From: a virus
Direction: 5' to 3' (one strand)
DNA length: 64,000 nucleotides
IMG/VR virus record: IMGVR_UViG_3300021378_000020
Location: 3,460-67,459 of that record
Positions 45,795 through 54,294 of the stretch are shown here, in pieces. Each line of letters begins with the position of its first letter. The first letter of the stretch is position 1. The position numbers and the translations under genes were made by a program. Under the pieces are notes generated by a model. That model was not told the origin of the DNA. It did not search any database and saw only the letters and a list, made by a program, of their open reading frames with translations.

Positions 45795-47063
45795 TTAACT
45801 CAATCTTCCTAGTTTAACCCTTAGATTAGATTCTTCGAATATGTTAATAACATCATTTGTTATCTCCATACGAGAACCTGTCAGACCTGTACCTATATCT
45901 AGTTGTCCCGTAACTGTCGCATTTGACAGCTTAACTTCGTCACCGACTACAGTGAATGGTTGAATCTCGGTATTAGATGCATTTACAATACGGAAGGTAT
46001 CTGCGGTCAACGCGAACTCTGCGGTTGCACCGTCATTACCAAACTTGAGACCAGCAATGTGTGGGTTGGACTCTGTACCAGCAACTAAGTCAAGATTCCA
46101 TGTTGCGGTTGTTCCACCCAATCCGTCTATTTGGGTTTGTAGTGATTGACTTGCGGCCGCGATATCATCACCAACCCTTGTCTCTAGTTCTACGAGGTCT
46201 CCGCTTATAGAAGTAAGCCCATCAGAGTTGTAATCGACACGTGAAGACAGAGTTGCCCGAGCGTTTGATTCTGCTGTAATCAACGCGCCTGTTGCACTGT
46301 CTAGTGCAGAAAGAGATGTATTTAAATCCGTAATCTTCTGAGCTTCGAGACTGAGTTTATCACTATCGGCATCCAACCGAATAGTCATATCGTCTAATGC
46401 ACCACCGATTGCTTCGGTTATCTGTTCTGGTGTAAGAGTGATACCATCAGAAATAAGTTGAGTAAGGTCTAAATCTAATTGTGTTACGTCAGAAACTACT
46501 GCGGATAAACCACTGGTGTTTGCGGTCACAGATGCAGATAGAGTGTTTATTGCATTCACATTTACATCAATTCTGTCTTGGGTTGCAGAATCTAGAAGAA
46601 GTAAACTTGCATTTACGCTGTCGATGTTAGCTGCGAATACACTGACGCTACTGTCTGTTGCATCGATTCGAGAGATTAGAGCAGTGTTTGCATTTGCAAT
46701 AGCGCTGGCAAGAAGGTCAGAGTCGATACCATCAAGAGTGATACCATCAAGTTGTGCTTGAGTAGCCTGTTGTTGGGCAGCGAGGACACTGATACCACTA
46801 TCATTCTGAGTGATGCTTGCTTGTAATGTCAACAGTGAGGCTGCATTCGCTGCAATACCTGCTTCAACATCAGTTAGGTCAACATCAGTGGTTAGAGTGA
46901 ATTGACTTAAAAATTCTTGGTTAACCACATTGGTGATATTCGCAGAATCGAGACCACCGCCAAAAGCTCCCGTTTCTACCAACTCGAAGTTTTCATTAAT
47001 CTTATCGAATGCCGCATTGATATTATCTGCGAGATTGACTAGTTGTATGCTACCTGTGCTCAT
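45795..47063 (-). CDS. coiled-coil fibre with a J-like (DUF1983-type) C-terminus
   Basis: N-terminal FDKINENF baseplate anchor; C-terminal HIAGLKFG..EFALTADTFRIV..PFTVVG..RMEITND..LRVKLGRL. Confidence 0.7.
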   Translation of the reverse strand: MSTGSIQLVNLADNINAAFDKINENFELVETGAFGGGLDSANITNVVNQEFLSQFTLTTDVDLTDVEAGIAANAASLLTLQASITQNDSGISVLAAQQQATQAQLDGITLDGIDSDLLASAIANANTALISRIDATDSSVSVFAANIDSVNASLLLLDSATQDRIDVNVNAINTLSASVTANTSGLSAVVSDVTQLDLDLTQLISDGITLTPEQITEAIGGALDDMTIRLDADSDKLSLEAQKITDLNTSLSALDSATGALITAESNARATLSSRVDYNSDGLTSISGDLVELETRVGDDIAAASQSLQTQIDGLGGTTATWNLDLVAGTESNPHIAGLKFGNDGATAEFALTADTFRIVNASNTEIQPFTVVGDEVKLSNATVTGQLDIGTGLTGSRMEITNDVINIFEESNLRVKLGRLS

Positions 47064-47290
47064 TTCTTATCCTCTAATAAACGAAAAAGCAATTCTTTTA
47101 TTTGTGTCATATCCTCTTTCAATCCCTTGACTTCTATGGATAAAGAATCGATATTTTCCTGTTGTTCTTGATGTATCTTACTTCGTTTCCTAGCATTTTC
47201 GATTGCGGTTTTATTGGTATTTAGGATAACACCCGTTCGCATATCCCTTACCAAATCGTTGTGTCCCTCAACTCTCTGGTGACTATTCAT
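47060..47290 (-). CDS. conserved small T4-like phage protein
   Basis: VEGHNDLVRD..GVILN..IKELL; usual neighbour of DUF4815-type genes. Confidence 0.75.
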   Translation of the reverse strand: MNSHQRVEGHNDLVRDMRTGVILNTNKTAIENARKRSKIHQEQQENIDSLSIEVKGLKEDMTQIKELLFRLLEDKK

Positions 47291-50200
47291 TATGTTACCA
47301 ACGCAATAACACGTAGGTCTCTAGTTACCGGAGACTTGGATGAATTGCTTGAGTGCATCACAATCTTTACTTGGAATGCGGTGAACTGGTCGGTATTAAC
47401 AGTATATTCATAATCACGGAAGGTCGATGGATTGTCATCCGAAGGCAGTTCCTTGTCTATAGTAGCCTGTACCCATTCTGTAATAAAGTTACCCTCATCA
47501 TCAGTTGCAACCAAGGCGTCTTCATCCGCTGTGACTCTTACATAAACCTCGAAGTCAGCAGGAGACGGACGGTTTGCTGCAAAGATTATCTTTAGGCCCA
47601 CAGAGGATTCGTTAATTACTATTGGTACAGTTATATGTTGCGCTGCATCAGTACTATCAATAACATTCTCTAGGGCAAGAACAGATACCCTTTGGAGGTC
47701 GATGACCGGAGAAACCTTCGTGTCTTCTGTAGACAAGTTTAGGTTGAACTTCATTGTTTCTGAACCACCCGCATTATCCGAAGATGCGACAACACTAGGT
47801 AATGTATTAGTGTTATAGTCGTTTAAAAACACGGTCTTAGATGTTGTTATTCCATAACCAAACTGATTGGTAGACCTAGAATCTCCATAGGAAGAAACCG
47901 AAGGACTAAACAGTTCAGTCGTAATAGTAGTTTTCTTCGGTGTGACGGTTTGTATTTGTGGAACAAACTCATCATAATACACTTGTTGAGATGCAGTTAC
48001 ATCATTACCACCACCCACCGCAGAAGATGTTGCAGGAGTTGCAACGGTAATGTCATATCCATTCCATGTTGGATTAGACACCAAGAAGGTGCCTTCGAAA
48101 TCTGTTGAAGGTACTCCACCAATTGCATTAGGCACATCAGATATAGATACTGTATCGTTATAACTAAATCCATGACCTTCGTGATAAACACGAACAGATG
48201 ATGAACCTATAGTTGTTTCTAAGGGGTCTAGCCCCAATGTAACTTTAGGTAACGATGCATTGTCAAGTACTAATGTACCCGAAGTATCAAAATCAGCACG
48301 GTCTAATTCGAACATTAAGTCTTTAGTCTGGTCTGGTGTCCATGTGAAACCATTTTGAGATAGGAACAAAGAACCTAGAGTAGGCTGTCTTGTTACTCTA
48401 TCTTCGCGTGAACCAATTATGTTCTCGTAGGTTTCAGCAATATAAGAGTTATATCCCACTGACTCAGCAAGTAAGATTATCGCATATTCTTCCCCACTTG
48501 TCAAGTAGATTGGTTCATCAAATTCAACGATTGTTGCTCGTCCGGTTAAGTAGGTTATACCATTTTCTTCCACATCAATAACCGGTGTTACTGTAATATC
48601 AGCAGGGTCAACAAACTTGACTGCGCCAGGTACGATACGTGTAGTAGGTATACCGTTCTCTACTGAACGAATCTGAACCTGTAGAGGAATGTTGTCGTCC
48701 TTGGTCTCCATGAAGATTCGCGCTTTAGTTATGAACAGACCATTAGGGTTCTCTATTTGGTCAACGAAGAATGTCTGAGCGAGAGGGTCTTGACGACCAG
48801 CACGGACATTAAGCACTCGTGTTGTACGGATAGTTCTCTGCACACTTTCGACGGTACCCGTTGAGGTGTAGTTCGCACGAGTTGAAGCCGTAGCTTCATT
48901 GTCGCTATTAACGCTCACATCAAGAAGTTTTAATTCATGAGTTCCAGTTCTAAAGTTAATTGTTGGTGTATTGGGTAAGAAGAAACTACCGACCAATTCA
49001 CCATTAGCATCGGTTTGTAATGTGGTAGGGCCACCTAGGTCTGATGGATACTCAGTTGCATTCGCATACTGACTACCGAACTCTGTAGGGTCGTCCGAGA
49101 ATATAGATGAAGATGATTCTTGTCTTACCCATGAACTCACCTCTTTATTACCAAAGTATGCGAACATCTTAGTGTTGGGACGTAGACCCTTTGCAGTAAA
49201 GTGGATTCTACGAGAACGCATGAATGGAACAATCTCGACATCTGCAACCTGTTCACCAATAAAGTCCTGAATGCTACGAGTGGTTTCTCTGAAGGAAACG
49301 TCTCTTGGTATTGTAGTGAACAATCCATTATTTGTCAAGGTATTATTAGAATTTCTTCCGGTACGCAATGCTTGACGCTGCCATAGGTCTGCATCGAAAT
49401 TTTCGAATCGACGTACAGTGGTCTGCATGATAGACGGTAGAGTTCTAGTCTCAACCCACTCATCCGATGATGGAGAAAGCTCCATATGTCCGGTTTGAGT
49501 AAGCACCGCAAATGGATTCACGTTCATTGTATCTGTCGCAAGCAACTGTGATACTAGAGTAACGTCTGTATAAGGTAGAGTTACTAGGTCGCCATGTTTC
49601 TCAACAGCATCAACGTTGTCCGTACTATAAGAAAGACGGACTGAGTTCTCGCGGAAGGATGGTTTCAACAATCCCCGTGGATCGATAGATGCGCGGTAGT
49701 TTAAGTTGTCGATATCTGAGAAGATGAAAGAACTAAAGTTGTCTGCAATGAAACCAGCCTTGGTACGTGCATTACCGTTGATATCTACTACAGTCAATGC
49801 ATTGGTGTTCGACTCTAACAAACTCAGAGTGGTCAATTCGAATAAGTCTGTAACACGTTGTTCCAGTTTACCGATGTCTTTCATCGTGAAACGTTTGTTT
49901 GGAATAAACGTACTAGTAAGGTCAGCGGTACCGAATGTGTATGGGTTCAAACGGAACTTATACAACGCCATTGAACCTGTAGGAATCTCTGGTTCACGTG
50001 GGATTACATTGGACTCGCCTTGAATCAATTGTAGTTCACCGAATCCGATGTTACCACGACTGTCTACCGCATTAGCAACAAGGATATCGATACGCGGTAG
50101 ATAGTATTGGATAGTGTTGATTGTAATTGCAGAAGCATTCTGTGGTAGTTCGGCTCTAACGTCGAACTCACCGGTGTAAGTGAATGCTCGGTCTGGACGG

Positions 50201-52266
50201 AAGTCCAACACATCACGCATAGAGATCACTTGACCTGTTGCTGCATTATAATCAGGAATAGTTTCGTAAGTGTCATCAACATATGAACTTGCGGCGAAGA
50301 AAACACCATCATCTTGGTGGTCATAGTAGGTGTAAGTGACCTGAATCTCAGAATCGCCACCACTTGGTATAAAATATCCAGACTTAATGTATACCACTAC
50401 ACGGTCATAGAAGTTATCACGTTGACCGCCATCTAAGTAGAATTGGTAAGTGATATCTTCCGCATCTGCCCAATCAGTAGCAACATCATCTCTAAACTTA
50501 ACCGATTGCAGAGCGATACCATCAACATTTTGTGTAAATACTGGACGGGCCTGCCAATCTTGAGTAGGAATGGTCTGGGTTTGAACTCCAGTTGCAATTT
50601 GTTTGGTGCGTGGTTGCACATTACTAAGTTCCACGTAGTATGCAATGTCGTATTCTTGTCCGGTAGTTAGACCACTGTATGTGCCTGACATATCTGGGGT
50701 AATCGACAGGATAGCACTTCCTGTATCACATATCACCCACTGACTTTGTTCTACACCAGAAAGACTAATCTCCCCGCTAACATCTGCTGTCTGTCTAGTA
50801 TATCGTTGGATAGTGTAGTTAGCAGTAATAGGGTCTATAGAGGGTGTTGTTCTAGGTAGCGGGAACAATAAATTGTTGTTCGATGCTTCATGGATTATGC
50901 TGTCTACTAGTTTTATTTGTGGAGCTCCACCGCCTGGGATGTTATCTTCCATAACATCGGTTTCAGAAAAACTGTGGAAACCTCCATTTCCAAAAATAGC
51001 GCCCATGCGAATATTAAAGATATATACTCGAACACCAACAGCATCTCGTTGAACACCACGAACATTACAGTAACCAATGACAGAACCAGTAGAGTCTTTT
51101 AGTGTTTGGTAACCAAAGACATCGAAACTACCGAACCCTTCAGTTAGGGCTTCGTCAATATAAACGTAGTTACCATATGCGGCAGGTACTGGTTCATTTG
51201 TTTTCGTAATAAGGTCTCTTGACTTCGGCACATTGATATCTGTTGTACCTATCTCTAGTCGATATCCATCTACGTATGCAATACCTTCGGTAACATCTAG
51301 GTTAAGGTTATTAGCATCTTTCTCTTCAAAAATCGCCTTGAACTCTTCTACTACGTAGTTACCAGACTCTTCTTTTGTACGTTGTGCAAGAAGGTCATTG
51401 ATTCGGTTGTATGAGTCGAAGGTAGTTACTTCGCGAGTAATGATACCATCAACAACACGTGCAACAAATACAAAGTTCTCTTCTGCTATTACTTGGTCGC
51501 GTGTAGTGGGTACTAATTTAATCTGGTATCGATGCGCGCCAGGAGCTGTTGCATCTGGAACTTCTCCTTGATTGTCGTAGAGACTATTGTCTTCACCTTC
51601 GGTGATAATCGCCTCTTCAATACGGAATCCAATATCTGCGGTTGGTAGTGCACTGTATTTGTTAATGAACGAACTACCACCTTCCATGTAGACGAAGTGG
51701 TTCTGTACAAAAAAGTCGCCTGCAGCAAAGTATGCTTTAGTTCCCTTACCGACAGCAGGAATGGGGTCTGCGCTGTCATCAATAACAACAATAGAAGAAT
51801 TTGAAGTACCGTCTAGTGCTACTAGAGTGTCGAGAGAGGATACCCGAGGAGCGACAGTATTGTCAGAGGCCTCAGAAGTGTCTGTGTACTGTACGTATAG
51901 TGTAGCAGGGTCGCCATTAACGGACTCGACAACTTCGATTACCTTACATTCGATACCTTTAACTACTAAAGTTCCGTTAGTTAGGGTTTTACCCAGTAGG
52001 TCTGGGCCCAGGATACTAATAGGGTCTAGTCGAATATACTCTAATGTATTGTCTACAGTCGCGCCGCCTGGATTTACCAGAGCACCTTCTTTGAAAATGT
52101 TACGACCGAATCGTGCAATCTCTTCTTGGATGATTGTTTGTGATTCGATTAACTCACGTGCTTGTAGTGCACGTCCAGAGTTGAACAATACACGATGATA
52201 ACCTTTTTCAGCATCATAAAAATCGCGATATGTTTCTTTAAAAATTTTATTTGTAAAATCTACCAT
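47290..52266 (-). CDS. large baseplate-associated virion protein (DUF4815 / VrlC-like)
   Basis: YHRVLFNSGRALQARELIESQ, APGAHRY, RTKEESGNY, NKRFTMKDIG, DPLAQTF, SLFLSQNG. Confidence 0.85.
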   Translation of the reverse strand: MVDFTNKIFKETYRDFYDAEKGYHRVLFNSGRALQARELIESQTIIQEEIARFGRNIFKEGALVNPGGATVDNTLEYIRLDPISILGPDLLGKTLTNGTLVVKGIECKVIEVVESVNGDPATLYVQYTDTSEASDNTVAPRVSSLDTLVALDGTSNSSIVVIDDSADPIPAVGKGTKAYFAAGDFFVQNHFVYMEGGSSFINKYSALPTADIGFRIEEAIITEGEDNSLYDNQGEVPDATAPGAHRYQIKLVPTTRDQVIAEENFVFVARVVDGIITREVTTFDSYNRINDLLAQRTKEESGNYVVEEFKAIFEEKDANNLNLDVTEGIAYVDGYRLEIGTTDINVPKSRDLITKTNEPVPAAYGNYVYIDEALTEGFGSFDVFGYQTLKDSTGSVIGYCNVRGVQRDAVGVRVYIFNIRMGAIFGNGGFHSFSETDVMEDNIPGGGAPQIKLVDSIIHEASNNNLLFPLPRTTPSIDPITANYTIQRYTRQTADVSGEISLSGVEQSQWVICDTGSAILSITPDMSGTYSGLTTGQEYDIAYYVELSNVQPRTKQIATGVQTQTIPTQDWQARPVFTQNVDGIALQSVKFRDDVATDWADAEDITYQFYLDGGQRDNFYDRVVVYIKSGYFIPSGGDSEIQVTYTYYDHQDDGVFFAASSYVDDTYETIPDYNAATGQVISMRDVLDFRPDRAFTYTGEFDVRAELPQNASAITINTIQYYLPRIDILVANAVDSRGNIGFGELQLIQGESNVIPREPEIPTGSMALYKFRLNPYTFGTADLTSTFIPNKRFTMKDIGKLEQRVTDLFELTTLSLLESNTNALTVVDINGNARTKAGFIADNFSSFIFSDIDNLNYRASIDPRGLLKPSFRENSVRLSYSTDNVDAVEKHGDLVTLPYTDVTLVSQLLATDTMNVNPFAVLTQTGHMELSPSSDEWVETRTLPSIMQTTVRRFENFDADLWQRQALRTGRNSNNTLTNNGLFTTIPRDVSFRETTRSIQDFIGEQVADVEIVPFMRSRRIHFTAKGLRPNTKMFAYFGNKEVSSWVRQESSSSIFSDDPTEFGSQYANATEYPSDLGGPTTLQTDANGELVGSFFLPNTPTINFRTGTHELKLLDVSVNSDNEATASTRANYTSTGTVESVQRTIRTTRVLNVRAGRQDPLAQTFFVDQIENPNGLFITKARIFMETKDDNIPLQVQIRSVENGIPTTRIVPGAVKFVDPADITVTPVIDVEENGITYLTGRATIVEFDEPIYLTSGEEYAIILLAESVGYNSYIAETYENIIGSREDRVTRQPTLGSLFLSQNGFTWTPDQTKDLMFELDRADFDTSGTLVLDNASLPKVTLGLDPLETTIGSSSVRVYHEGHGFSYNDTVSISDVPNAIGGVPSTDFEGTFLVSNPTWNGYDITVATPATSSAVGGGNDVTASQQVYYDEFVPQIQTVTPKKTTITTELFSPSVSSYGDSRSTNQFGYGITTSKTVFLNDYNTNTLPSVVASSDNAGGSETMKFNLNLSTEDTKVSPVIDLQRVSVLALENVIDSTDAAQHITVPIVINESSVGLKIIFAANRPSPADFEVYVRVTADEDALVATDDEGNFITEWVQATIDKELPSDDNPSTFRDYEYTVNTDQFTAFQVKIVMHSSNSSKSPVTRDLRVIALVT

Positions 52267-52275
52267 GATTTAATC

Positions 52276-53607
52276 CTAAACGGTTATGACTATCTTAATG
52301 TCTTCTTGTTGTTCTGCATCACGTCGTATTCTTGCGCGGTTCTCAATATATAGGACATCACCAGAGAACCGATTTATACCATTTGAATGAGAAAGAGATT
52401 CGACCTCTCCCGATACCGCGACACCTGATTGAGTTACCGACTCTCCTACTTGGAATTGAGCGAACCCTGTAGATTCGTTTTGGTGGTAATAAACTACGGT
52501 ATCAGCAGACTCATCAACGTAAGCAACTGCACCGGAGATAGCACCTGTGATGGTCGCACCGGAATCAAACGGAGAAGAGGTCACAAGAGTTATGGTCGAT
52601 AGTACTTTAGCGGAAGTAGCAACGAACGGGGAATTTTCTGGTGTCAGTGGATTCTTAATAACACCCATTTGTCGGAAAGAGTTCTCTACAATAAAGGTAT
52701 CATCTACAACACCGTCTGGTTTGATATTTATTAGAACTGCATTTGTTTTCAAATCATCTATAGGGTCAAAACCAATACCGTTTGGACTAGTCACGATTGC
52801 ACGTATTTCACAACCATAGCCACCACCGCCACCAACATCAAATGATGCATAGGTATATCCTGACCCGAAGTCAGTCATTTCAATTCTAGTAACCACTCCT
52901 TCAGATATGTGAGCAACCGCAGTTGCACCAACACCATTACCAATTACGGTTAATGTAGGTGCTGTAGTGTAACCAGAACCGCCATTCTCAACAGATGCAC
53001 TAATTATTTGTCCACCGACCGCACCTGCCTTAACAACTGCCTGAAGGTCTTCGATAGGGTCGCCCTCTTCAATAGACTCTGCATCTTGTACAGGAATGTG
53101 GTTTGATGATAGGAACTGATAGATTGTTTCTGGGGTTAAGGAATATAAAAACTTCCAAGTGTAACCGTCTGCCGTGGTGAAGACATCTTCGTAGGGAACA
53201 TTGAGTAGACCATAGTTAGGTTCTATCATTGATGGCTTAGGCGACCCGTCCAAATTCTTGGCGTGGTCTAAACAGATGTATACTTCTTTCGCATCGTTCA
53301 ACACGTACCACGGAGTTGTGTTATCTGGGTCAACAGCATCGTCCCAACCAGCGTAAATAGTACCTGAAGACCAGTTCACTCTTTTTGCTACAAACGTAGA
53401 ACCTTCGACCTTCTTTACTGATTGCAAGTTGTTGCGAAACTCTCTTTCTTCGAATGGGGAATCGATAGGTGGAATTACTGTATCTTCAGCATTGAAGAGA
53501 TCCGACTTACCAATACCGATATAGTATTCATTAGAAGAGTTTTGGATATCTTCTAGAAGACTTCTCGCTAAAGTCCTACCCATTGTTTGTCTTACTATAG
53601 CTGGCAT
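52276..53607 (-). CDS. gp8: baseplate wedge subunit (T4 gp8-like)
   Basis: MPAIV..YYIGIGK..RVNWSSG..VYICL..DGYTWKFLY..SGDVLYIENR..QQEDIKIVI. Confidence 0.85.
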   Translation of the reverse strand: MPAIVRQTMGRTLARSLLEDIQNSSNEYYIGIGKSDLFNAEDTVIPPIDSPFEEREFRNNLQSVKKVEGSTFVAKRVNWSSGTIYAGWDDAVDPDNTTPWYVLNDAKEVYICLDHAKNLDGSPKPSMIEPNYGLLNVPYEDVFTTADGYTWKFLYSLTPETIYQFLSSNHIPVQDAESIEEGDPIEDLQAVVKAGAVGGQIISASVENGGSGYTTAPTLTVIGNGVGATAVAHISEGVVTRIEMTDFGSGYTYASFDVGGGGGYGCEIRAIVTSPNGIGFDPIDDLKTNAVLINIKPDGVVDDTFIVENSFRQMGVIKNPLTPENSPFVATSAKVLSTITLVTSSPFDSGATITGAISGAVAYVDESADTVVYYHQNESTGFAQFQVGESVTQSGVAVSGEVESLSHSNGINRFSGDVLYIENRARIRRDAEQQEDIKIVITV

Positions 53608-53643
53608 TTTTATGTCCTGTGCAGTGTTGAAAACATTTGTAGT

Positions 53644-53651
53644 TATTTATA
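53644..53651 (-). promoter_or_regulatory. T4-type late promoter upstream of gp8
   Basis: TATAAATA. Confidence 0.8.
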
Positions 53652-53679
53652 ACAATTATAAGGCATTATTTTTAATTTT

Positions 53680-54231
53680 CTATTTCGCATCAAAGAAAAA
53701 TGTCTGAAATAATCGTCCACTTTCTTTATCCACCCCAAAGCCAGGGATTGTTGAGCGATGATAGTTCATGGAATCGTATATAATTGCACGGTTGTAAACA
53801 TTCTTTACTTCGGTCACTGTCTCCCAATCATCAAGAGAGGTAGACACTTCGTTGAAGTCTGGGAGACCTTCTTTGTGCTTCATTATACCTGTTGCCTTAT
53901 GTCGATACATTGAGGTACCTGAGTCGAGCATAGGGTTGGGGTGTAGGTATACTACTGCTGCATATGACATCGCATCATGATGAACCCAAGTAGTGTCTCG
54001 CCAAGTAGTATACTGAAACGATGTGTTGTACTCATCCAGAGGGAAATGTGTAATCTCTTTATTCAATACGTTTTCAAAAGTTTTCTTTATTTCTTCGATA
54101 TAATTTTCATCGTCCGAACACGGTTTAGTCCGGAGGCCAGGATAGTTCCCTACAATATCGAAGTCTAACTGGAGAGCAAATTCTCGAACGGAATCTGGGT
54201 TTGCGTAAAAATCATCAATCACATATATCAT
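53680..54231 (-). CDS. Fe(II)/2OG dioxygenase-like protein (DUF6445-type)
   Basis: VIDDFYANPD..NYPGLRT..WVHHD..AAVVYL..NVYNRAIIY..YHRS..RLFQTFF. Confidence 0.8.
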   Translation of the reverse strand: MIYVIDDFYANPDSVREFALQLDFDIVGNYPGLRTKPCSDDENYIEEIKKTFENVLNKEITHFPLDEYNTSFQYTTWRDTTWVHHDAMSYAAVVYLHPNPMLDSGTSMYRHKATGIMKHKEGLPDFNEVSTSLDDWETVTEVKNVYNRAIIYDSMNYHRSTIPGFGVDKESGRLFQTFFFDAK

Positions 54232-54247
54232 ATAATCATTCTCTAAT

Positions 54248-54269
54248 AAAAAAGGGGCCGGAGCCCCTT
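54248..54269 (-). terminator. intrinsic terminator after the collagen-like gene
   Basis: AGGGGC-UCCG-GCCCCU followed by a U-run. Confidence 0.8.
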
Positions 54270-54294
54270 ACAAATTAATTGTCCATATCGGTAT

